Assembly (NCBI GenBank): GCA_963977015.1
Contig: CAXBMO010000001.1
Location: 128,001-192,000 of the forward strand
Direction of reading: 5' to 3'
Length of the DNA: 64,000 bases
Source: an uncultured bacterium
Lineage (GTDB): Bacteria; Verrucomicrobiota; Verrucomicrobiia; Verrucomicrobiales; DEV007
Of the stretch, positions 41,570 to 50,961 are shown piece after piece. The notes below the pieces were generated by a model that worked only from the letters and a program-made list of their open reading frames with translations, was not told where the DNA came from and searched no databases. The position numbers and the translations under genes are program-made. Positions within the stretch are counted from its first letter, which is position 1. Each line of letters starts with the position of its first letter.

Positions 41570-42673
41570 CTAGACCCGTCCGGAGAGAGCGGACCGGACC
41601 ATCAACATTTCGCCGAGACTTTGCGAGTTGAAGATGCCGACGATCGGGCCATTGGGCTGGTCAACAACAGGCACGAACGGAACTCGGTCCGTATTCATCA
41701 CCTCAAGGGCTTGCTCGAGTTGGCTCGAACCCAGCACCGGCCGGGAACTCGGCAGCATGGTCAGTGAAATGGGCGCATCCGGGCCATGCTTGCGAAGCCC
41801 GTCCAGAATTCCGTTCTTGCTGAGAAATCCGAGAAAGACGCCGTCTTCGTCAAGAACCGGAAAATCGGATTGGGATTGAGCGACCAACAAATGGGAAGCT
41901 TCGCCAAGCGGCATGTCGGGTGGCAAGGTCTCGAACTTTCGCAGCATCGCCGAGGAAACTGTCAGCCCCTGGATCTGGGCACGCAGTTTGGCGGAGGACG
42001 CTTCCCGGCCTGCAGCAAAGAAGATGAAGATGGCGATAAAGATCAGCACGAAGTTTGCGCCGGGATTGTTGATGGCCCAGAGCCCTCCCAAAACCGCCAG
42101 GAATTGGCCAAGCGCTGCTGCGATCGACGTTGCTCGTGCATGAGGCATGATCGACGCCAAAACGGAACGCAAAACGCGACCACCGTCCATTGGGAACGCC
42201 GGGATCATGTTGAAGACGACCAGGCTGATGTTGACCATGAACATGTAGACCATCAATTGTGATACCGAAAGCGGTGGGAAGCCTTCCGGCATCTCGCCAT
42301 AGGTCGGATTGAGGTAAAGAAAGAGGCCGAGGATGGCGGCAATGACGACGTTGACGGCAGGGCCGGCGACCGCAATGACGAATTCATGCCAAGGGTTGGT
42401 CGGCATTCGTTCAAGCCGGGCCAGACCACCGATGGGCAACAGCGTAATGTCCGGCGTGCGGATTCCGAAAAACCGGCCCGCGAAGGCGTGGCCAAACTCA
42501 TGGAGCACCACACAGGTAAACAGGGCGATCGCGAAAATGACGCCGAAAATTGCACCCGTCATTTCCCCCTCGCGGAAGCCCATGTAGCCGAATCCCGCCA
42601 GCAAGAAAAAGAACGTGAAATGGATTCGGAGCTGTGTGCCGAAAATTCGAGCAATGGGGAAAGACCAGGCCAT
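41570..42673 (-). CDS. Site-2 protease (M50) with CBS domains
   Basis: VVLHEFGH, IAVAGPAVN, FNMIPAFPMDGGR, C-terminal CBS pair. Confidence 0.93.
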   Translation of the reverse strand: MAWSFPIARIFGTQLRIHFTFFFLLAGFGYMGFREGEMTGAIFGVIFAIALFTCVVLHEFGHAFAGRFFGIRTPDITLLPIGGLARLERMPTNPWHEFVIAVAGPAVNVVIAAILGLFLYLNPTYGEMPEGFPPLSVSQLMVYMFMVNISLVVFNMIPAFPMDGGRVLRSVLASIMPHARATSIAAALGQFLAVLGGLWAINNPGANFVLIFIAIFIFFAAGREASSAKLRAQIQGLTVSSAMLRKFETLPPDMPLGEASHLLVAQSQSDFPVLDEDGVFLGFLSKNGILDGLRKHGPDAPISLTMLPSSRPVLGSSQLEQALEVMNTDRVPFVPVVDQPNGPIVGIFNSQSLGEMLMVRSALSGRV

Positions 42674-42751
42674 TTAGGCTAAGTTACGGCTCGATCAGAA
42701 GTTTGAGCCAATGAAAAAGAAGGTCGCCACGAGTTTGATAATCAGAATCCC

Positions 42752-42782
42752 AAAAAACGAAAAAGGGCGGAGTTACCCGCCC
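42752..42782 (-). terminator. Intrinsic terminator between dacB and the site-2 protease (possible attenuator)
   Basis: Minus strand GGGCGG-GTAACT-CCGCCC-TTTTTCGTTTTTT. Confidence 0.65.
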
Positions 42783-43024
42783 AGAGAAAAGGAAAGTTAC
42801 TCACTGACCCCGATCTTCAATCAGGCGTTCGGTCTCAATCCCATTCGGGCGGGTAATTCCAGTACCCGGTTGGTTTTTGAATTTCATGATCTTTTCCACG
42901 GGAAAAATTTCTTCGAGGACTTCGGTTTCCAAGAATTTAGACGCCGGTGGTGAGAAAAATTCACCCATTCCTTTTGCGTTTAATTTGGAGCAAATGTTTG
43001 GCCCAATTTGGCTCGGATTGGAAC

Positions 43025-44482
43025 TCAGTTGGACGTCGCGACCAACTTGTTCCACACGCGCACGATTTTGGCTTTCACGTCCCAGAGTTCGCAGGTGTAA
43101 TTGTTGATGTACAACGCGAAGGCGTATCTCTGCCCGGATTGGGCGTTCACATAGCCCGCATAGTTTTTAATGCGATCAAGCGTTCCACTTTTGGCCTGGA
43201 TCCGCCCTTCCGCCAAGCTGCCTTGTCCAATGCTGCGCAGCGTTCCTGATCGCCCGGCAACCGGGAGCGAGTCATAGAAGGGCTGGAAATTTTCGCTCTT
43301 GGCGGCGTGATAGAGGATGAGGGCCATTTGCCGGGCCGTAACGGTGTTGGAGCGGGAAAGCCCACAGCCATCGGCCATGAAAAACCCATCCATATCAATG
43401 CCCTTGCCCGCCCAATGTTGTTCGGTCGCCTTGGCCGCATCGTCCAGAGTTCCGTTCCCGCGGCCTTCAACGCCGTTCATTCGGTGAATGCATTCGGCCC
43501 TCAGGTTCACGCTTTTGTGATTTGTCAGGACCATGATCGATGCCAGTGAATCCGATTGTTGCACGAGGATCGTTTCGCGAGTTTGGCTCACCTGGGTGCC
43601 CGCAGCTTCCAGCAGTCGAATCGTGGACGGCTCGCCGGTGACTTCGAATTCACGCTGGTTCAGGTGTTTGGTGAAGGCGCGCGCGCAGAAAAACGCAGGA
43701 TCAGGGAGCGATCCCTTGATCGTGAAGGAGGAATTCCCGGCGGGGACGGTTCCACGAAGGTAAAAGACCTTGCCGTAGGGAACTCCATAGATATAGCCGT
43801 TGTCTCCCGAACCCGCTGAGCCGACCCGCATCTCATTGAAGAATTCGATTCCGGGCAGTCGCGGATCGGTGCCGATCAACGTGGCTTCTGAGCCGACGCT
43901 TGAAGTTCGAAAGGTGCAGAAAAATTGGTTCTGGTGAAAGGTCAGGCCGCTGGCGCCCGCTCCGTAGTAATTGCCCATATCGTTCCACTGCCAGGTATCC
44001 GGGAGCAGTTTGGTCCCGAAAATTGAAGCGTCGCCGATCACCCGGCCATCGATTTTTCGAATTCCGGCTTCGGCCAACGCGGCTTGCCATTTGGCAAAGG
44101 TATTGACGATTTGCGAAGATCCGAGAGTGGGATCGCCCCCGCCTTTCACAATCACATCACCCTTCAAGACGCCGTCGGCATCAATGGTCCCGATGTATTG
44201 CAGCATGGTCTTGAAGCGAAATTCAGGACCAAGGATGTCGATGGCTGTCGCGGTGGTGACCGCCTTCATGGTGGAGGCTGGAATCAACCCCGTGTCTGCC
44301 TGAAAACCGCGGGCATCGTTCTCCGATGCCGCGTTGAGAGGAATGACGCAGAAGCCGATGGAAGCCGTTTTCATCCCCGCTTCGGTTTGAATTTGCCGGA
44401 CTTCTCGAATGGCGGTCTCGAAAGACGACTGAGCTTGGGAGAAGGCCGTTGTGAAGAACAGACAAGCGACAAAACGAATCAT
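43025..44482 (-). CDS. dacB: D-Ala-D-Ala carboxypeptidase/endopeptidase (PBP4, S13)
   Basis: PASTMK (SxxK), GGGDPTL, SVN (SxN), DGCGLSR, AKSGTL. Confidence 0.92.
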   Translation of the reverse strand: MIRFVACLFFTTAFSQAQSSFETAIREVRQIQTEAGMKTASIGFCVIPLNAASENDARGFQADTGLIPASTMKAVTTATAIDILGPEFRFKTMLQYIGTIDADGVLKGDVIVKGGGDPTLGSSQIVNTFAKWQAALAEAGIRKIDGRVIGDASIFGTKLLPDTWQWNDMGNYYGAGASGLTFHQNQFFCTFRTSSVGSEATLIGTDPRLPGIEFFNEMRVGSAGSGDNGYIYGVPYGKVFYLRGTVPAGNSSFTIKGSLPDPAFFCARAFTKHLNQREFEVTGEPSTIRLLEAAGTQVSQTRETILVQQSDSLASIMVLTNHKSVNLRAECIHRMNGVEGRGNGTLDDAAKATEQHWAGKGIDMDGFFMADGCGLSRSNTVTARQMALILYHAAKSENFQPFYDSLPVAGRSGTLRSIGQGSLAEGRIQAKSGTLDRIKNYAGYVNAQSGQRYAFALYINNYTCELWDVKAKIVRVWNKLVATSN

Positions 44483-44640
44483 GTTCCATTAGACGATGAC
44501 TTGGCGGTTCGTTCAACGGGACCGTCAAAGTTTCCGATTGGCCGGAAGCGAATAGAGCCGATAGGGAAGGTGTCCAAATTTCGGCTTTCCCTCTTGAAGA
44601 AGCCCTCCATAATACCCGACCCCGCTTGAGCGGGCTTCTC

Positions 44641-46557
44641 ATGGCTTCAGAGATGTCCATCGCAAAGCAATTACGTCAAAGCTTGATCTTTCGGCGAGTG
44701 GTTGGATTTGCCTGGCACCTGACCGGTATCACCGTGTGCTTTCTGATCGCTTTTGTGTTGCGACTGTTTCCAAACGATCTGTCGCACTATCAGACAGCCA
44801 TGTTCCAAACGCTGCCGATCGCTTGGATCATCTTTCTCGGATTCATCGTCGTGTTTGGGCTGTACCGGGGACTGTGGAGCTATTTCAGCTTTCGCGACTG
44901 TTTTCGCTATGCCTATGTCTATCTGCTGGCGACGGTTCTTTTTTCCTGCACCGTCTACGTGATCGGGACCAAGGATGAGTTTGGTGAACAGGTCATCTAT
45001 CACAGTAGTTTCAGCGGCTTTCCGAGGATGGTGTTTCCCATGTTTTACCTTCTCCTGGTCGGGTGGGAAGTTGGTGGCCGTGGCTTGGGCCGATTGATCC
45101 GGGATTTTCAACTTCAAGGCGTGAACTCGGCGAATCGGGGGCCTCGAACGATCCTGGTCGGATCACCGGAAGAGAGCGACCAACTCCTTCGCAGCCTCGT
45201 TAATCCGCGACTCGGCCTTGGTGAAGTTTGCGCGATCGTCTGCAATGAAGAGCGCCGTTCCAATGCAACGCTCCACGGTGTGAGAATGCTTGGCGACATG
45301 AAGCAGGTTGGCCAACTCGCCAAAGAGGTGAAGGCGGAGATGATTCTCTTCGTTCCTCCCTTCAACACACCCAAGCGCATCAAGAGCATCATGAAACTGA
45401 TTTCCGATGCGGAAGTCGCTGCTGAATTCCGGGTGATCCCTTCCCTGAAAGACATTGCCCATGGGCACATCGACGTGTCTTCCCTGCGGAAAGTGGAGAT
45501 TGAAGACCTCCTCAACCGCAAGCCGAACGTCTTTGATCGCTCCATTATCGAAAACTTCCTCAAAGGAAAATCCGTTCTCATTACGGGCGCGGGCGGAAGC
45601 ATTGGATCAGAGATTTGCCGGCAGGTCATGACTTACCAGCCTTCAAAGCTGGTTTTGTTCGATCATTCCGAATTCAACCTTTTCGAGATTCAACGCGAAT
45701 TGACCACCAAAAATGGATCCGCTTGTGAGGTCATTGCCAGGATGGGCGATGTAAAGAAGGAAGTTGATGTGCAGCATGCGATTGAGGATGCCGGTGGAAT
45801 TGATATTGTCTATCACGCTGCGGCCTACAAACACGTTCACCTCGCCGAGGAAAACGTGGGGAATGTGCTTCTCAACAATGTGCTTGGCACCAATTGCGTC
45901 GCCGAGGTGGCGGCGCAGAATGGCGTTGAGCAGTTTATTTTGGTGTCGACCGACAAAGCGGTTCGACCAACCAGCGTGATGGGCGCCAGCAAGCGAATTG
46001 CCGAACGCTGCATCATGGAACGGGAGAGAAATGGTACGCAGTTCAAAGCCGTCCGGTTTGGAAACGTACTCGGAAGTAGTGGCAGCGTGATTCCGATTTT
46101 CAAAAGCCAGATCGCGAACGGTGGACCGGTTACCGTGACGAGTAAGAACGTCACGCGCTATTTCATGACGATTCCGGAAGCGGTCGAATTGGTCTTAATG
46201 GCAGGAGCAGTTGGCGAAGATCGCAACATCATGGTGTTGGAGATGGGTGATCCCGTCAAAATCGACTTGCTGGCCCGGCAGCTGATCGAGCTTTCGGGGT
46301 TGGTTCCCGAGAAAGATGTCGCGATCAAATACACAGGGCTCCGAAAAGGGGAAAAAGAGTATGAGGAATTGCTCACGGAAGACGAGAACGTCACCGAAAC
46401 CGCCTATGAAAAGATCTGGGTGATGGAGAAAGACGATACGAAGCTGAAGCCGGTGGATTTGAATCAAATTCGTGAGTTGGCAGATTCCAATGATCTGCTC
46501 GGCCTTCGCCAATTGGCGAAGGAATTGATTCCTGAGAATCGGCTCGAGTCCGAATGA
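44641..46557 (+). CDS. Nucleoside-diphosphate sugar dehydratase (CapD/PglF/WbpM family)
   Basis: N-terminal TMs; ITGAGGSIGSEIC, HAAAYKHV, STDKAVRPTSVMGASK, VRFGNVLGSSGSV. Confidence 0.93.
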   Translation: MASEMSIAKQLRQSLIFRRVVGFAWHLTGITVCFLIAFVLRLFPNDLSHYQTAMFQTLPIAWIIFLGFIVVFGLYRGLWSYFSFRDCFRYAYVYLLATVLFSCTVYVIGTKDEFGEQVIYHSSFSGFPRMVFPMFYLLLVGWEVGGRGLGRLIRDFQLQGVNSANRGPRTILVGSPEESDQLLRSLVNPRLGLGEVCAIVCNEERRSNATLHGVRMLGDMKQVGQLAKEVKAEMILFVPPFNTPKRIKSIMKLISDAEVAAEFRVIPSLKDIAHGHIDVSSLRKVEIEDLLNRKPNVFDRSIIENFLKGKSVLITGAGGSIGSEICRQVMTYQPSKLVLFDHSEFNLFEIQRELTTKNGSACEVIARMGDVKKEVDVQHAIEDAGGIDIVYHAAAYKHVHLAEENVGNVLLNNVLGTNCVAEVAAQNGVEQFILVSTDKAVRPTSVMGASKRIAERCIMERERNGTQFKAVRFGNVLGSSGSVIPIFKSQIANGGPVTVTSKNVTRYFMTIPEAVELVLMAGAVGEDRNIMVLEMGDPVKIDLLARQLIELSGLVPEKDVAIKYTGLRKGEKEYEELLTEDENVTETAYEKIWVMEKDDTKLKPVDLNQIRELADSNDLLGLRQLAKELIPENRLESE

Positions 46558-46750
46558 GGAATTGAGAACGTTCGTGGGTGGGGGAATCCGGAAGTGTTGA
46601 AAGTGGCTGGTAATTTGGCGAAAGCGGGTTATCGAGATACTTTGTCGTGGAATTCAGGGGCTAGCGGAGCGTCAACTTGTTTGTGGTTTGTTTGGAACCA
46701 GCGAATCGGAGCTCTCAGCCCTACGCGACAGCGTTTCAGTATATCGTATC

Positions 46751-47950
46751 ATGTCTAATTTCGAACAGCTTGGCATATCCGACCGAGTGTTGACTGCCGT
46801 CAAAGCCTTGGGTTGGGAGAAGCCGACCCCAATTCAAGAACAATCAGTGCCAGCTGCCATTGAAGGCCGCGACATCATTGGTGCTTCGCAAACCGGAACC
46901 GGCAAAACCGCCGCATTCGGTTTGCCCGTTTTCAGCAAACTTGAAGCCAATGGCACGCCGAAGTGCCTCGTGTTGGAGCCCACCCGGGAACTTGCATCCC
47001 AAGTTGTCGAAGCCTTCCGGGAGATGGGGAAATTCACCCACCTGAAGATGGTGTTGCTCTATGGAGGCGTGAAATACGGTGAGCAGAACGAGGGATTGAA
47101 GAATGGCGCAGACATCATTATTGCGACGCCTGGCAGGCTGTTGGATCACATCAGTCGTGGAAATCTCAGTCTGAAGAGCATTGAAATGCTGATTTTGGAT
47201 GAGACCGACCGAATGCTCGACATGGGATTTCTCCCTGATGTCCGCAAGATCGCCGAAATGTGTCCGAAGAAGCGCCAGACGCTTCTTTTTAGCGCGACGA
47301 TGCCGCCTCAGATTCAAACGCTGGCAAACTGGGCGCTCAAGGATCCGTTGGAAATTGAAATTGGTCAGCGGCGAAGCGTTGCCGAAACGGTGAACCATGC
47401 TTTTTATCCGGTGTCGATCGATCAGCGCGACGATTTGGTGCTGGAACTGCTCAAGCGGACCGATTTTTCGAGCGTGATGGTCTTTACCAGGACCAAGCGT
47501 GAAGCGGATTCACTGACCAATCTCGTCAAGAGCCGGACCGAACACTCCTGTGTTGCGCTGCATAGCGACATTCCTCAAAACAAGCGCGAGAGCGCACTGA
47601 GAGGATTTCGCGACGGCGAGTTCGACATCATCATCGCGACCGACGTCGCTGCCCGTGGCCTCGATATCAGCGGCGTCAGTCACGTGATCAACTATCGCGT
47701 TCCCGAGAATGCCGAGGACTATGTTCACCGGATTGGTCGGACTGGTCGTGCCGAATCCGAAGGGGATGCGTTTACCGTTTTGTCGGCTGATGAGGTTGAA
47801 TTTGCGGAATCGATCGAGCGATTCATCAGCAAGAAAATCGAGCGTCGCAAGCTGGATGATTTTCCCTACATTTACACGGCGTTGCTCGATGCCGATACAG
47901 CCAAGAAGAAGAAACGACCCGGCCCGCCGAAGCGTCGCCGGCGTCGTTAG
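46751..47950 (+). CDS. DEAD-box RNA helicase (RhlE-like; motif II reads DETD)
   Basis: Q motif PTPIQ, QTGTGKT, PTRELA, TPGR, LDETDRM, SAT, HRIGRTGR. Confidence 0.93.
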   Translation: MSNFEQLGISDRVLTAVKALGWEKPTPIQEQSVPAAIEGRDIIGASQTGTGKTAAFGLPVFSKLEANGTPKCLVLEPTRELASQVVEAFREMGKFTHLKMVLLYGGVKYGEQNEGLKNGADIIIATPGRLLDHISRGNLSLKSIEMLILDETDRMLDMGFLPDVRKIAEMCPKKRQTLLFSATMPPQIQTLANWALKDPLEIEIGQRRSVAETVNHAFYPVSIDQRDDLVLELLKRTDFSSVMVFTRTKREADSLTNLVKSRTEHSCVALHSDIPQNKRESALRGFRDGEFDIIIATDVAARGLDISGVSHVINYRVPENAEDYVHRIGRTGRAESEGDAFTVLSADEVEFAESIERFISKKIERRKLDDFPYIYTALLDADTAKKKKRPGPPKRRRRR

Positions 47951-48023
47951 CCACTTCCGGCGACTTTTCTGAGTCGCCATTTTTTGACGAATCCAGATCG
48001 GCACCGTATCCGTCCCCGGTAGG

Positions 48024-49433
48024 ATGGATAACTTTCCCCATGCCGCGGTTCGTTACTGGGCCTTTCTTGAGACGGTCTTTGACCGGGTCGCAGAGGATCC
48101 GCCACTCATCGAGGTGGCGGCGAGAATGCCCGAACTTGAGTTGCAGAGTCTCTGGTTTGCCGGTGCATTTGGGCGGGATTTTCGGTCGAATTGCGATCGG
48201 AAAGTCCGGATCGTCCAGTTTGGTCACTGGAATCACGGTTCAGGGCCGGACTTCACGGAAACCGCCGTCGAGATCGATGGGGAGCTTGTGGCCGGAGATA
48301 TCGAGATTGATCCGGAAGTTCGAGACTGGGAGCGACATGGTCACAGCAGAAATCCGGACTTCAATCGCGTCGTGCTTCACGTGTTTCCGAAACCGGAGAA
48401 GGCCGCAGCGCGTTTGTTCACACAGACCCAGGATCATCGAAATGTTGTCCAGGTTGAGTTGGATTTGGCGAGTTTGACGAAGGGGCGTCGTGGGGAGCAT
48501 CAACCGGAAGCCAAGCTGGGAAGATGTTCGGCACCACTTTCGGCAATGGATGACGTTCGACTCGAATCCTTGATTGAGGGAGCGGCCCAATTTCGCCTGC
48601 AAACGAAGATTACCCGGATATCGGCCACTGCTGAGCTTCATGGTCCGGAGGAGGCCCTGTATCAGGGGATTGCTGAAGCTCTGGGCTATCGGCCCAACAA
48701 ACTGCCGATGCGGGTTCTCTCGCAGCGACTTCCGATTCTCAAATTGCTCGATGCTGAGGCGGTGGAGCGGGAAGCTTCCTGGTTTGGGAGTGCGGGTTTT
48801 CTCGAGCGTGAGCCGTTCGAATCGGCGGATTCTGAGACGCAGACCTATCTTCGCACCTTGTGGGAACACTGGTGGAAGCAGCGAGGTGCAACTTCGCCAA
48901 TTCCAGACTTGGCGTGGAAACTCAGCGGCATTCGACCGGCCAACCATCCGCAACGTCGGATTGCCGCGATGGTCGAACTAATGGCTGGCTGGGAACGGTT
49001 TTCGGGCTTTGTCCCGAAGCCCGGGGAGGATCCCAAACCCAATTGGCCCAAACGGGTTCGCGAAGTGCTTGCGAATCTGCAGCATACGTATTGGAGCCAT
49101 CACTACACGCTCCGATCCAAAGCGGTTGCCAAACCGATGGCGCTGATCGGAAAAGATCGCATTAGCGACATTCTTGGAAACGTCTTGTTTCCGTTCGCGA
49201 TTTCAGCCCATTCCTCTGAGTGGGCGGCGTATCGGGAATTGCCAAACTCGGTGGAGAACGAAAAGCTGCGTCGAGCTAAAATCCGACTTTTTGGCGAAGC
49301 GACTGGCAGGAAGAAGCAATTCAAGAAGTTCTACCAGCAACAAGCTCTACTTCAGATCTTCGAAGACTTCTGCCTCGTGGATCTCAGTGATTGTGCGGAT
49401 TGCCCATTCCCTGAGCAGCTCGCCCAATGGTGA
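48024..49433 (+). CDS. DUF2851 family protein
   Basis: GHWNHGSGPDF, GDIEID, WERHGH...VVLHV, RPANHPQRRIA; C-terminal CxxC. Confidence 0.8.
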   Translation: MDNFPHAAVRYWAFLETVFDRVAEDPPLIEVAARMPELELQSLWFAGAFGRDFRSNCDRKVRIVQFGHWNHGSGPDFTETAVEIDGELVAGDIEIDPEVRDWERHGHSRNPDFNRVVLHVFPKPEKAAARLFTQTQDHRNVVQVELDLASLTKGRRGEHQPEAKLGRCSAPLSAMDDVRLESLIEGAAQFRLQTKITRISATAELHGPEEALYQGIAEALGYRPNKLPMRVLSQRLPILKLLDAEAVEREASWFGSAGFLEREPFESADSETQTYLRTLWEHWWKQRGATSPIPDLAWKLSGIRPANHPQRRIAAMVELMAGWERFSGFVPKPGEDPKPNWPKRVREVLANLQHTYWSHHYTLRSKAVAKPMALIGKDRISDILGNVLFPFAISAHSSEWAAYRELPNSVENEKLRRAKIRLFGEATGRKKQFKKFYQQQALLQIFEDFCLVDLSDCADCPFPEQLAQW

Positions 49434-49447
49434 GGATGTGTGAGTAC

Positions 49448-49478
49448 AAAAAAAGCGACCGGGAAGTTCCCGGCCGCT
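49448..49478 (-). terminator. Terminator of the sigma factor gene (possibly bidirectional)
   Basis: Minus strand AGCGGCCGGG-AACTT-CCCGGTCGCT followed by TTTTTT. Confidence 0.65.
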
Positions 49479-49512
49479 CAAAGAATGTCTTCGAACAAAA
49501 GAAAGTGCCGAC

Positions 49513-50484
49513 CTAGGTTTCGGCGAATTCTTCCTCTTCTTCGTCAGCTGCCAGGATGGCACTCTCAAGATCATCGCCTGCTTCGGCTTTTTGACGATCC
49601 TTCACCTTCTTCTTGGTTTCTTCCAAGTCTGGAGTGAGGCCTTTGGCTGGCTTTGGACCAGGATCTTCACGCTTCTGAAGCGCGCGACGCAATTTCTTCA
49701 ATGCGATGTTCTGCAACTGACGAATCCGCTCGCGAGTCACGCCAAATTCCTGGCCAACTTCTTCGAGCGTTTTTGGCTTCTCGCCATTCAGTCCAAATCG
49801 AGCATCGATAATGCGGCGCTCGCGCTCATCCAACACGCTCAACAAGCCATCAAGCTGGTTGTGCATGTTTTTGTGGGAGAGCAACTCAAGAGGCGTTTGG
49901 GCGCGGTCATCACCGATGATTTCACCAAACTCGGTGTTGTCATCATCGCTGATGGGAGCGTCCAAGGATGCTGGACGAAGGCTGGCTGCCTTCAGGTGAG
50001 CCAGTTTCGCGCGATCAATGCCGATTTCCTCGGCCAACTCCTCGTCGGTGGGTTCCCGGCCAAGTTCTTCGGCCAGAACCATCGCCAAGCGGCGCATTTT
50101 TGAAATTTTGTCCACCATGTGAACGGGAAGGCGAATCGTCTTTGACTGGTTCGCCAGCGCTCTTTTGATCGACTGCTTGATCCACCATGCTGCGTAGGTG
50201 GAAAGCTTGCCCCCTTTGTTAGGGTCGAAGCGTTCGACGGCCTTCATGAGGCCGATGTTGCCTTCCGAAATAAGATCGAGAAGCGGTAAGCCGTAGTTGG
50301 CGTAATCTTGGGCAATCTTAACCACAAGTCTGAGGTTCGCCTTGATCATGTGAGCGCGCGCTTCCATGTCGCCTTTCTTAATGCGCTCGGCGAGTTCGAC
50401 TTCTTCCTCACGCGTCAGCAGCGGCGTCTTGCCGATTTCGCGTAGGTAGATTTTGATGCCACCATCTAGTTCTAGGTTTGACAT
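49513..50484 (-). CDS. Sigma70-family factor, RpoD/RpoS-like (regions 1.2-4, no region 1.1)
   Basis: YLREIGKTPLLT, ANLRLVV, DLISEGNIGLMKAVERFDP, STYAAWWIKQSI, TLEEVG...VTRERIRQ. Confidence 0.93.
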   Translation of the reverse strand: MSNLELDGGIKIYLREIGKTPLLTREEEVELAERIKKGDMEARAHMIKANLRLVVKIAQDYANYGLPLLDLISEGNIGLMKAVERFDPNKGGKLSTYAAWWIKQSIKRALANQSKTIRLPVHMVDKISKMRRLAMVLAEELGREPTDEELAEEIGIDRAKLAHLKAASLRPASLDAPISDDDNTEFGEIIGDDRAQTPLELLSHKNMHNQLDGLLSVLDERERRIIDARFGLNGEKPKTLEEVGQEFGVTRERIRQLQNIALKKLRRALQKREDPGPKPAKGLTPDLEETKKKVKDRQKAEAGDDLESAILAADEEEEEFAET

Positions 50485-50961
50485 ATGAGAGTCTCCGGGT
50501 GAGTAGTGATTTGTTGTTTTCTGGGTGAACGAGTTGCGAGCAACTCAAAGAGGCAAGTGTGGATCGGCGGGTTTACTCAATAAACAGCCCGCTTACCAGT
50601 AAAAAGTCACATTTCGTGACATTTTTTAGGGAAAGTGGGACTTCAACCCTGATTCCGAAACCTGCAGAGCCGTTTGACGGGTTCTCGCACGCATTCGAAA
50701 AGCGATGGCAGAAGAATTCAGCTTATTATTGTAGGATTTGGGATGATTTGACAAGTTTAAAGTCAGCTTTTCTTAAAATTCTATCTATTCAGTTTAATTC
50801 GAGAGGGTTTTCACTCCCTTTCCAGCCTGAGAATCCTTTTGGAACTTTAATATCGTCGTTCGCCGATAACTTTGTTTACAACCTGCAAGAAAAGGCTGAC
50901 AAAAAACCACACGCGTTCTTTTACGCATCTCTTTCAAGTTTTGATACGGAAGCCTTAACGA

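Noticed and set aside
47190-47215. DETD instead of DEAD in the RNA helicase
   Set aside because: A common DExD variant; all other motifs are intact.
50862-50869. Sigma28 -10 box GCCGATAA upstream of comM
   Set aside because: No TAAA -35 element at the required spacing.
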